64,000 nucleotides of DNA from contig OZ024743.1 in the NCBI GenBank assembly GCA_964016885.1, positions 271,932,001-271,996,000 of the forward strand, in the 5' to 3' direction. The position numbers and the translations under genes are program-made. The notes under the pieces are model-generated. The model did not search any database. It worked only from the letters and a program-made list of their open reading frames with translations, and was not told the origin of the DNA. Position 1 is the stretch's first letter. The number at the start of each line of letters is the position of its first letter. Of this stretch, positions 43,075 to 55,370 are shown in pieces. This DNA comes from Eledone cirrhosa (lineage: Eukaryota).

Positions 43075-46000
43075 CCTACCATGTGAGAGGTAATTTAGGG
43101 AGTACACATTCCCTACATCATGAGAGGTAATTTGCAGAGTATACATTCATTACATCATCATCATCATTTAACGTTCATTCTTCCACGCTAGCATCGATTA
43201 GGCAAGTTGTCCTATTGTGAGACATGACGTCTTGCTCATACAGAACTGATTTTGGCTTGGTTTCTATGGCTGGATGCCCTTCCTAATGCCAACCACAAAG
43301 TGTGTGCTGGGTACTTTTTGTTGTGACACCTACATGACCACTTTACAGTGTGGACTGGGTGCTTTTTGACATAACACCTACTCAACCACTTTACAGAAAT
43401 GACCACTTTATATCATATGAGAGATAATTTGGGGAGTATACATTCCCTACATCATAAGAGGTAATTTGATGAGTATACATTCACTGCAACACATGGGTAG
43501 TGATTTAGGGAGTATCATCATCATCATCATCATCATCATTTAATTTTACGTCTGCTTTTCCCTGCTTGCAAGGGTGGGACGGGAACTGATTCTGGCTTGA
43601 TTTCTACAGCTGGATGCCTTGCCTAACACCAACCTCATTTACAGTGAGTGCTGGGTGCTTTTTTGCCGTGGCACCTCCACGACCACTTTGCAGTGGAATG
43701 ATAGGGACTCCAGTCCCTATCATCTCATTTCTACAGCTGAGTAAACTGGAGCAATGTGAAATAAAGTGTCTTGCTCAAGGAAACAACACATCACCCGGTC
43801 TGAGAATTGAACTCACAACCTTTCGATTGCAAGACCAATGCTCTAACCACTAAGCCATGTGCCTCCATGAGAGGTAATTTAGGGAGTATACATTGATTAA
43901 ATCACGAGAGGTAATTTAGGGAGTATACATTGATTAAATCACATGAAAGGTAATTTAGGGAGTATACATTGACTAAATCACATGAGAGGTAATTTAGGGA
44001 GTATATATTGACTAAATCACATGAGAGGTAATTTAGGGAGTATACATTGACTAAATCACATATGAGGTAATTTAAGGGATATACATTGACTAAATCACGA
44101 GTAATATTTAGGGAGTATCATCATCATCATCATCATCTTCATTTAACGTCCATCTTCCACGCTAGCATGGGTTAGACGGGAGTTGTCCCACTTGAGGCAA
44201 GGCTAGTCGGGTGACCGTGTCTTGCTCATATAGAACTATCTGGCAGTTTTCTACGGCTGGATGCCCTCCCTACCACCAACCACATTTACAGTGTGGAACT
44301 GGGAACTTTTTACCGTGTTACCTACACGGCCACATTACAGCGTGGACTGTGTGTTTTTTTTTTGTATTAACACCTACACGATCTCGACCTCATTATCTCA
44401 TTTATTTGGACTGGATGTTGTGGTACCAACTTTACAGAGAGAGGGTGGTGTTAGTGGGAGAGGGAGGATAGGGTAGGGGTAGTGGATTGGGAGTCTACAT
44501 TGACTAAATCACATATGAGGAAATTTAGGGAGTATACATTGACTAAATCACATATGAGGTAATTTAGGGCGTATACCTTCACTGCATCATATAAGAGATA
44601 ATTTAAGGAGTATACATTCACAACATCAGACGCGAGGTAATTTATGAGTATACATTCACTTCACCATGCGAGAGGTAATTTATGAGTATACATTCACTAC
44701 ACCATGCGAGAGGTAATTTATGAGTATACATTCACTACACCATGCGAGAGGTAATTTGGGAGTATATATTCACTACACCATGCGAGAGGTAATTTGGGAG
44801 TATATATTGACTACACCATGTGAGAAGTAATTTGGGAGTATATATTGACTACACCATGCGAGAGGTAATTTGGGAGTATACATTCACTACACCATGCGAG
44901 AGGTAATTTATGAGTATACATTCACTACACCATGCGAGAGGTAATTTGGGAGTATATATTCACTACACCATGCGAGAGGTAATTTGGGAGTATACATTCA
45001 CTACACCATGTGAGAGGTAATTTGGGAGTATATATTCACTACACCATGCGAGAGGTAATTTGGGAGTATACATTCACTACACCATGCGAGAGGTAATTTA
45101 TGAGTATACATTCACTACACCATGCGAGAGGTAATTTGGGAGTATACATTCACTACACCATGCGAGAGGTAATTTGGGAGTATACATTCACTACACCATG
45201 CGAGAGGTAATTTATGAGTATACATTCACTACACCATGCGAGAGGTAATTTGGGAGTATATATTCACTACACCATGCGAGAGGTAATTTGCGAGTATACA
45301 TTCACTACACCATGTGAGAGGTAATTTGGGAGTATATATTGACTACACCATGCGAGAGGTAATTTGCGAGTATACATTCACTACACCATGTGAGAGGTAA
45401 TTTGGGAGTATATATTCACTACACCATGCGAGAGGTAATTTGCGAGTATACATTCACTACACCATGCGAGAGGTAATTTGGGAGTATACATTCACTACAC
45501 CATGCGAGAGGTAATTTGGGAGTATATATTGACTACACCATGCGAGAGGTAATTTGTGAATATACATTCACTACACCATGTGAGAGGTAATTTGGGAGTA
45601 TATATTCACTACACCATGCGAGAGGTAATTTGCGAGTATACATTCACTACACCATGTGAGAGGTAATTTGGGAGTATATATTGACTACACCATGTGAGAA
45701 GTAATTTGGGAGTATACATTCACTACACCATGCGAGAGGTAATTTGGGAGTATACATTCACTACACCATGCGAGAGGTAATTTGGGAGTATACATTCACT
45801 ACACCATGCGAGAGGTAATTTGGGAGTATATATTGACTACACCATGTGAGAGGTAATTTGGGAGTATATATTGACTACACCATGTGAGAGGTAATTTGGG
45901 AGTATATATTGACTACATCATGTGAGAGGTAATTTGGGAGTATATATTGACTACATCATGTGAGAGGTAATTCACAACATCACATGGGAGGTAATTTGAG

Positions 46001-46200
46001 AGTATATATTGACTACAGCATGAGAGGTAATGTGGAAGTATACATTGACTACATCATGTGAAGTTATTTGGGGAGTATACATTCACAACATCACATGGCG
46101 TAATTTGGAAGTATACATTCACTACATTACGTGGGAGGTAATTTAGGGAGTATACATTTTCTATATCACATGCGAAATAATTTTGGGCATATACATTCAT
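43075..46200. repeat. Intronic minisatellite: homogeneous 38-bp core (~44640-45965) with diverged 39-41-bp flanking units
   Basis: Unit CATGCGAGAGGTAATTTGGGAGTATACATTCACTACAC, period 38 (e.g. 44663 to 44701). Confidence 0.95.
43514..43866 (-). mobile_element. SINE family A inserted in the minisatellite
   Basis: Reverse complement of 862-1220. Confidence 0.88.
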
Positions 46201-46457
46201 TATATTCTATGAGACTAAATATTATATTCTATGTTTGACTAAATATTAAATTCTCAATTATTTTTATGCAATTTTATCCTAGAAATATAAGATCTTTTTA
46301 TATTTAAAAAACACCCCAAAAAAACAAATAGATGAAAAATCAATAAAAACAAATAAACTCACAAATCTTGCATTTATCTAAAATAACTAATAATTTTGCC
46401 CTCACTGAAACACTACAAATATATATATTAAGTTGTGCACTAAACAGCAGAAATGTA

Positions 46458-46546
46458 TGATAAAGTTATATCTGTATATATACAGAATAAATGTAACTGA
46501 ATCTAAGTTATTTCTTTTCTGTATATACACAGATATAACTTTATCA
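46458..46546. repeat. Short fold-back with ~40-bp arms
   Basis: TGATAAAGTTATATCTGTATATATACAGAA / TTCTGTATATACACAGATATAACTTTATCA. Confidence 0.8.
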
Positions 46547-47285
46547 CCATAAATATAGTATTAAAAAAATACAGGATTTGAGAAAAACGAGAGAAAAGAA
46601 ACCAGAAAAAGGAATATATATTTTCATATATGTATATTCCATTTATCAAAAAGGAAAGAAAAAAGGGTTACAAGAAAATCTAACCTTCATACAAATGCTT
46701 ATTAAACAATTTCTTGTGCATGTGTGGGTATGAGAGTGTTTGTGTAGGTATGTGCATAAATATGTTTGTGTATGTAAATGTGCATATGCATAAATATATG
46801 TATGTATGTACATGTTTGTGTGTGTTTATAAGTGAGCAAGTGTGTATTGGTGTGTATATATGTGTTTCTGTGCAAGGGCATTTATGAATGCATGTATGTG
46901 TAAATACATATTTGTTTAAGTATGGTGTATTTTTCCTTTCTATCTCTTTCACTTTTCTTTTTGTTCTCCACTTTGCTCAGTATGTATACTCCTCCTTCAA
47001 CCCGCATCTTAATTTAATTCTTTCTCTCTATATATATATCTATATATATATCAGAAATATAATATACTATAATAATTGTTTCTACTTCTGGCACAATGCC
47101 AGCAATTACCCCATTGCATTACTGGTACTTTTCTTTATCGACCCTGTAAGGATGAAAGGCAAAGTTAACATTCGCGGGATTTGAACTCAGACCATAAAGG
47201 ACCGTAACTCTATGCTGCAAAGCATGGCGTCCGACCCTCTACTGATACTGCCAATCCACTAAATGATGATATTAATTATACTCAC

Positions 47286-47550
47286 GGTAGTTTTCTTTAT
47301 TAGAAATATATGTGACACCAATAAGACTTGAGTTTTCCATAATGTTCAACCAAAAGTTAACCTTTATCAAAGTCAGAAACAAGCTTTGATGCTCTTTCTT
47401 GATATTCTGCAGAAAGCCTTTGTACATGTTGAAATACATGAAGGCAACAGCAAATCTGGGTGTACAGTGTAATGCTATACATATTCGCCATAAATATCTC
47501 TGAGGGGTTATTCCAGTAACAGCACTTATAGAAGGTATGAAGTTCGTAAC
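47286..47550 (-). CDS. PGAP2: PGAP2-like internal exon (265 bp)
   Basis: tgtctgtcatttcAG|VTNFIPSISAVTGITPQRYLWRICIALHCTPRF...NFWLNIMENSSLIGVTYISNKENY|GTGAGT; matches the PGAP2 N..PS.S.....PQRY.WR.CI.LH..PRF motif. Confidence 0.95.
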
Positions 47551-49949
47551 CTGAAATGACAGACAAAAAAATATATGTTAACATGAAGAAGCTCAGTGGA
47601 GACAAGCATATAATGAAACTGCTACATTATAAACATGGATTAATTAACTATTTCACATTGTTTTCCTTATTATTTCATTGTTTAACATTACATACATTTA
47701 TAAACATATAAAGCTGAGAAATCAACCTGTAAGATTCTAGAGCTGGTGTTATGATAAAATGCACTCAGTATATGCTGTAAAGTGGTTAACATGAAATTAC
47801 TACAATATTTTATAAATATACAAAACTGATAAACATATACATTATAAGATCCCCCTGTAAGGTGCAGGTGCTGGTGTTGGGTGCTATGATAAAATGCACT
47901 CAGTAGATGCTGTAAAGTGGCTGATGTCAAATTACTACATTCATCATCATCATTGTGATCACTAGCTGATAAATCCCCCTGTAAGACGGTAGTGCTAGTG
48001 TTACAATGAAATGCACCCAGTAAATACTGTAATAAGGTTAGAGTGAAATCACTATGATATAGTGTGCATCTGGTTTAGAATAGGTACACAATAACCTTGC
48101 ATGCCATCAGAAGTGATTAAAAGGGTTGGTATTAGGAAGGACATCAAGTTGTAAAATATTGCCTCAAAAGGTTTTATCCAACATATACCAGCATAGAAAA
48201 AAAGGTGATGATGATCATTATAAAGATATAAAGGGTTAGGAGGACCCTTCAGTTGCGACTAGGATATGACTGCCTCCCTAGTGTTGGTGATCTACATGAT
48301 AAACACACCAAGTACACACTGTAAAGTGGTTGATGAAAGAAAAGGGCATCCAGCCATAGAAAGCTTGTCAAGCAAAGGGTTGGAAGGTCTAGTCAGTTGT
48401 GTCAATGATATGACCTCTCTTGTGCTGGTGCACTAAGAGGAACATGAGACGAGACATAAGTAAGATGCAAACTCCCAGCATGTCTAGGAGATCAGTAACC
48501 CCACTTCAATACTGACTTGGTCTATGAAGACCCATCCAACCCTTATTAGCAGGGAAATCAGGTATTAAACAATGATGATGAAACTTATAGTCACCCTGTA
48601 AGACAGTAGTGCTGGTGTTATGATAAAATGCACCTAGTACATGCTGTAAAGTGGTTGGCATGAGGAAGAGTATTTTGCTGTAGAAACCATTCTAAAATGA
48701 AATTCATGAGCAAAATGCGGCCATCTGACCTGTCTAGTCTTAGAACATGACAACCTATCTAACTCGTGCAAATAACTCATGAAAATAAATGTAAAACAGT
48801 AATAATTGTTTCTACTTTTGGCACAAGGCCAGCAATTACCCAATGCATTACTGGTACTTTATTCTATCGACCCCGGAAGGATGAAAGGCAAAGTAAAACA
48901 GTAATAATGACGATAAAAATGTTATGTAAGTATGTATGCATGTATGTCAGTATCTATGTCAGTATGTATGTATGTAAAAATGTGTATATGCATGTGCATA
49001 TGCATGTGAGTGCATGTGTATTGCATGTCAGTTTACACACCATCTTTTTATTGACAATGCTTAAAGCAATCGAAGATATTTGTTTATGACCTGCATAATC
49101 AATATGTCCTGCTGTGTAATGGCTGACAAAGACAAGCAGTATATGCCACACTTAAAAATAAGTAAGGGTTGGGATTTGAGTAAGAACATCCAGTCATAAA
49201 AAGATAACAACAAAGATGATAATGGTGATGATGGTGGTGGTGATGATGATAATGATAATAGTGATCACAATAATAACAATGATGGTGGTGATGGTGGTGA
49301 TGATCATAATGGTGACAACGATGATGACAGTATTGATGGTGATGATGATGATGTTGATGATGATGATAGTGTTATTAAGGATGATAATAGTGATGGTCAA
49401 GATGATGAAGATAGTGATGGTGATGATAATGGTAAAGGTGATGATGTTGATAATAGTGATGATGATAGCAATAATAAGATGAGATACAAGGAGAAAACAA
49501 GCAAAGAAACAAAAATAAAGCATAAAAAGCTGTCCATCTTTCATTATTTCCATCATCTGTTCGTCATTTTAATTAATAAAATGACTAATTAGGCTGGGAA
49601 AAAGATGTATTGACTGTGAATCAGTGCATAGCTGCCAGGTTAAAGACTGTCTTTTTATGTATTATTACACTCATGCCATTACAATGTACTATCTGATGAG
49701 AAACAACACATGTATACATATAAAAATTACAAACTGATTATACACACATGCATATCATTATATATACATACATACATACACATACACAAAAACATCTCTC
49801 TCTCTCGTATATATATATATATGTATATATATATCATCATTGTTTTTATGTCAAAACTTTTCATGCTGGCATGGGTTAATCGAGATGGTTTGAGAAAATT
49901 CTTTACAGCCGGATGCTCCTCCTGATGTGTGTGTGTATATATATATATA

Positions 49950-50432
49950 AATTCCGACCTCACACACACCTCTCCAAGACAATGTCACTGGACCGAGATC
50001 TTTGGCGCTACACAGTAATACAGAAGACCTGCTTTGCCTAAGTACAAAGTGAAACCTACAGTCAGTAGGCACCTCTTAACAAAAATACACCCCGGCCCCA
50101 CTACCCCCACCCCATCCACGTCACCCCTTTCGATGTAAAGTTATGTTGGTACCACAACATCCAGTCCGAAACAAATGAGGTCGTGTAGGTGTCACGACAA
50201 AAAAACACAGTCCACGCTGTAATGTGGCTGTGTAGGTAACACAGTAAAAACCTCCCAGTCCAAACTGTAAACGTGGTTGGTGTTAGGAAGGGCATCCAGC
50301 CATAGAAAACCCGCCAGACAGTCTTATATGAGCAAGACAACCAATCTTGCCTCAAGTGGGAAAATTCCCATCCAAATCCATGCAAGCGTGGAAGATGGAC
50401 ATTAAACGATGATGATGATGATGATGATGATG
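49950..50432 (+). mobile_element. RTE 3' end, same subfamily as 52995-53480
   Basis: Near-identical AATTCCGACCTCACACAC...GTACCACAACATCCAGTCC...(TGA)n. Confidence 0.85.
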
Positions 50433-50681
50433 ATATATATATAAGAGAGAGAGAAAGAGAGATATTGTGTGCGATAGAATATGATGAATTAAATACAAAG
50501 AAATGAGTGGGATAAAATATGCACAGGACAATACAGAGATGGGCTGAAGAAAAAACTGGGGAACATGACAGAAGTAATGAATAGAAGGGCAATTCTAATC
50601 ATAAGCTGATTGCTCGAAACTTACAATTTTTCAGTGGGCAGAAATTTGGGGAACCATAGCTTAGAATCCTATACATGTAGT

Positions 50682-51000
50682 CATCATCATTATCATCATC
50701 ATCATCATCATTTTACGTCCGCTTTTCCCTGCTTGCAAGGGTGGGACGGGAACTGATTCTGGCTTGATTTCTACAGCTGGATGCCCTTCCTAACACCAAC
50801 CTCATTTACAGTGAGTGCTGGGTGCTTTTTTTCCGTGGCACCTACACGTCCACTTTACAGTGTGGGCTGGGTGCTTTTTTTGCCGTGGCACCTCCATGAC
50901 CACTATGCAGTGGAATGATAGGGACCCCAGTCCTATCATCTCATTTCTACAGCTGAGTAAACTGGAGCAAAGTGAAATAAAGTGTCTTGCTCAAGGAAAC
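50682..51000 (-). mobile_element. SINE family A lacking its tRNA head
   Basis: Reverse complement of ~947-1220, with an extra RTE-UTR subrepeat. Confidence 0.85.
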
Positions 51001-51189
51001 AGTAGTATATATGTATATATACATACAAATAATTGCAGATGCATTTATATATGTATATATATGAATCAAAAATGGCAAGCTGTGTTGTTGCAATTAAGTA
51101 TAAAAAATGAAGAATTAGAAATAGAAGTTAGGAATATATATATATATAGAATATATATATATATATGCATATAGAATATATATATATAG

Positions 51190-53480
51190 TTCAAGCATGT
51201 TCTACAATGCAAGGACCAAAAATGTGAGGTATTCAGGATTGCTAGACAATGTGTCAAGGAGAACTGTGATATTGTCGGGGAGAAGTGTGTCCGTAATGAT
51301 GATGGTGTACTGGCCATCACTGACGCTGATAAGAAGGTAGCTTGGAAGTGTCACTACGAAAGGCTACTAAATGAGGAGAATAAATGGGAGAAAGACAGCC
51401 TCCCCCACATCGATCCAATAGAGGGACCAGCAGTGCAAGTTGAAGGTAGTATAATAAGTAAGGCAATCAAAGATATGAAGACGGGCAAGGTGGCTGGGCC
51501 TTCGGAAATAGTTGCTGAAATGCTGAAAGCATCTGGAACGGTGAGACACACTACGGTCACATGGATAGTAAACCAAGTTATACAGAATGGGGTCGTACCA
51601 AAGGACTGGCGTAGCAGCATCATCATTAACTGCTACAAGGATAAAGGAGACGCCCTAGATAGGGGAAACTATAGAGGCATTAAGTTAGTTGACCAGGTCA
51701 TGAAGGTCACAGAAAGAGTTATAGCGCAACTAATCAGAGAGCGAATTAATCTAGATGAAATGCAGTTCGGGTTTGTGTCAGGTAAAAGTACCACAGACAC
51801 TCTTTTCATTGTACGACAACTACAGGAGAAGTACCTAGCTAAAAGTAAACCCCTCTACTTAGCTTTTGTAGACCTGGAGAAAGCCTTTGACAGAGTCCCC
51901 CGCTCCATTATCTGGTGGGCTCTTAGAAAACTAGGTGTAGATGAATGGCTTGTGAGAGCTATACAAGCCATGTATAAAGAAACAGTCAGCAAGGTTAGAA
52001 TTAACAACGAATATAGTGAAGAGTTTAGCGTAAAAGTTGGTGTTCATCAGGGCTCCGTCCTTAGCCCCTTCCTATTTATTATCGCCCTCCAAGTTATAGC
52101 GGAGGAGTGCAAGACTGGCTGCCCATGGAAACTTCTATACGCAGATGATCTAACGCTCATAGCCGAATCAATGGCTGAACTAGAGAAGAAATTCCAAACA
52201 TGGAAGCATGGCTTAGAATCAAAAGGCCTTAAAGTTAAATTGTCTAAGACTAAAGTTCTAATATGTAGGAAGGAGAATAGGGCACTGGTCCCATCTGGGA
52301 AATAGCCATGCTCAGTGTGTAGGAAAGGAGTAGGCAAAAACTCCATTTTATGTCCCAAATGCAAAGTATGGGTGCATAAAGATGTAGTGGGATCACAGGT
52401 AAGCTAACTAAGAATATAAATTTTATATGTGGCCGGTGCTCTGGTGCAATAAGTAGCAGCAAATGCCCACAGAATACTAGCTCATTCCATTGCCCAGATG
52501 GTTCTATAGAAATAGTGGACACCTTCCGTTACCTGGGTGACAAAATCAGCAGTGGTGGAGGGTGCTCCGAAAGTACTGTAGCTAGAGTCCGAACGGGATG
52601 GAAAAAGTTCAGAGAGCTTATACCACTATTGGCTGCTAAAGGTTTCTCTCTAAAAATAAAAGGCAGGCTGTATGATGCCTGCATACAAACAGCGATGTTA
52701 CATGGCAGTGAGATATGGGCCTTGTGTGCAGAGGATCTACGCAGACTGGAGAGGAACGAAGCTTGCATGCTCCGTTGGATGTGTAATAGTAATATACGTG
52801 AACGGCAAAGCATAAATGAACTAAGTGAGAAATTAGGAATAAGAGGGATCAGATGCTGTTTACTCGAGAGAAGACTACGTTGGTATGGTCATGTGATGCG
52901 CATGAAAGATGACAGCTGTATAAAAAAGTGCAGGGCGATCAAAATAGACAGTAGCTACGGAGTGGGCAGACCGAGAAAAACCTGGGACGACTTGATAAAT
53001 TCCGACCTCACACACTTACACCTCTCTAAGACAATGTCACTGGACCGAGATCTTTGGTTCTACGTAGTAATACAGAAGACCCACCTTGCCTAAGTACAAA
53101 GCGAAACCTACAGTCAGTAGGCACCTCTTAACCAAAATACACCCCCGTCCCAACCCTACCCCCACCGCCACCTACACCACCCTTTTCGATGTAAAGCTAT
53201 GTTGGTACCACAACATCCAGTCCTAAATAAATGAGGTCGTGTAGGTGTCACGACAAAAAAACACAGTCCACCCTGTAATGTGGCTGTGTAGATAACACGG
53301 TAAAAACCTCCCAGTCCACAATGTAAACGTGGTTGGTGTTAGGAAGGGCATCCAGCCGTAGAAAACCCGCCAGACAGTCCTGAGCAAGACAACCAATCTT
53401 GCCTCAAGTGGGAAAATTCCCATCCAGACCCATGCTAGCGTGGAAAATGGACGTTAAACGATGATGATGATGATGATGAT
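51190..53480 (+). mobile_element. Longest RTE LINE copy: complete RT (YADD), PHD insert, C-terminus, 3' UTR; one stop and one frameshift
   Basis: [45 protein letters not shown]; TAG at 52303; frameshift near 52380; (TGA)n tail. Confidence 0.93.
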
Positions 53481-53514
53481 ATATATATATATATATATAT
53501 ACAGAAGCATATAC

Positions 53515-53676
53515 CAGTCATGGGCAAACTGTGACCCACGAACTGCATGTAGCCAATTTGGCTTTCTGAATGGCATGCCTAATTTCAAAATTGCCTTGAA
53601 TTTTTAGTAATGCAGCCTCCCTTATGATGAGCCACATCCTATGTGGCCCACTGCTCGAAAATGTTGCCCATGCCTA
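53515..53676. mobile_element. hAT (Charlie-like) MITE
   Basis: TIRs CAGTCATGGGCAAAC / ATGTTGCCCATGCCTA; perfect 8-bp TSD GCATATAC at 53507-53514 and 53677-53684. Confidence 0.88.
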
Positions 53677-53869
53677 GCATATACATACATATAAAGGTGT
53701 CCATTTAGTCTTTTCGTCGAAATGATCAGTCACGACAAAGAAGTATTTGAGGAAATTCTTTTTATCTTAATTGCTTTACCTATTCATGATTTTATATATG
53801 TATAAATGACTAAGTTTCAAAAAGCCGGTACAATGTGGTAGAAATATATAAAGGGCAAAGGATGACAAA

Positions 53870-54640
53870 TAAAACAAAACAAAGTAATGATTTACCCAGT
53901 ATATTTCAACATGATATTTCAGGGCTATTGCCCTCTTTTCAAATGAGAAATGGAAAACAAAAATGAATGGTTGATGTGTTGTACTTTAACTGGTTTACAT
54001 ATCTGAAATACGCATGTATGAAGTCGTCATAGTAGCCAATCTGCTTCATGCATTTCCAATCTATTATTTACTTGTTTTTTTGTTTTTTTTTCTGTTTGAT
54101 AATAATGGCCAAGCAGTTCTTCTGATCTACAAGGAGCTACGTTTTTTTATACGTGATCTTGTAGAATACATACACTCTCGTGCAAACTTCTGTATTGTTG
54201 ATGAGACAATTAGGAAGTATGCACATATTGTATGCAGGTATGTATCTGTAGAGTCATCTCAATGAAGGTCCCAAGTATGCCAGCTATATATTCAGGTCCT
54301 CCTTACAGATGGCTTGTCTGATAGCAGAGATCATCTTTTCACTGAAAAGCAGCAGCTTTAGGTAACATATGTTACCTCTAGGGTCATATGTCCTCTTTGT
54401 TCTTTCAAGTATTGCAGCCTTGGCATTTCAGGATAGCCATTCTTAGTGAAAACTCTCTGGAATTCCACCATGCTGGTATGTTTGTCGCTACCCTCGCTGC
54501 ATTTGTTGCACATCCGGGAGATCTCATTCTGTATATAGGACATTTTGGCTCTGTAGGGAAGAGCAGAATCATGGAGCACAAAAATCTCTTTGAAGGCATC
54601 CTTCTTGTAAAATTTGGTGCATATGAATCCCTCCTTTATG
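53870..54640 (-). mobile_element. Penelope-like relic (RT C-terminal region) with degenerate hammerhead at 53905-53946
   Basis: FYKK...LHDSALP..AKMSYIQNEISR.CNKCS...F..VF.KNGYP; downstream TTGAAAAGA-GGGC(aata)GCCC-TGAAAT. Confidence 0.7.
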
Positions 54641-55177
54641 CTATATATATATATAGCTTCATTAATAAGGTGTGTGTGTGCTTACAGCCTCTATAGTTAT
54701 GTAAGAGGCAGTATAAAAGAGAGACAGACATAGACAGTAACCATGGCAAACTACATAATAGTTATTCTTCCTTTTATAAACGGTCATTAACTCTTTCACT
54801 ACAAGTGTAGTGTATCTTACTATACAGGCTGTGTGTATATATATATACATACATGCCTACTATACATGCTGTATGTATATATACATACACAATTCCTATA
54901 CATGCTGTATGTATATACATACACACCTACTTTATAGCCTGTATGTACAGAGGTTCAGTGCATATACACCTTATTATACAGGAATCTGCAGTACAGGAAG
55001 ACAATGAAAACCTGGTCAGAAGTGGTGAGAGCTGATTTCAAACAACTGAACGTCACAGAGGAGACACACACACACTCATTACTACAGGCTGTATATACAC
55101 ATATCTTATTACTGAGACTATATATATATATATATTTATTTATTTATATATAAATACACACACACACCTTATTACTG

Positions 55178-55270
<93 letters not shown>

Positions 55271-55323
55271 ATTACTACAGAGCCTGTATATACACACACT
55301 TTACTACTGAGGCTGTGTGTGTA

Positions 55324-55370
<47 letters not shown>

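Noticed and set aside
44640-45965. Regular 38-bp repeats resembling a CRISPR array
   Set aside because: Units are head-to-tail with no unique spacers, no cas genes, and a eukaryotic intron context.
47357-47605. 82-aa minus-strand ORF from the track
   Set aside because: Wrong frame over the real PGAP2-like exon.
49194-49556. Hydrophobic Ile/Thr- or Met-rich ORFs
   Set aside because: Degenerate (GAT)n microsatellite.
49685-49710. CTGATGAGAAAC as a hammerhead (likewise CTGATGA at 2252 and TCATCAG at 388)
   Set aside because: No stem II or no correctly placed GAAA and stems; expected by chance.
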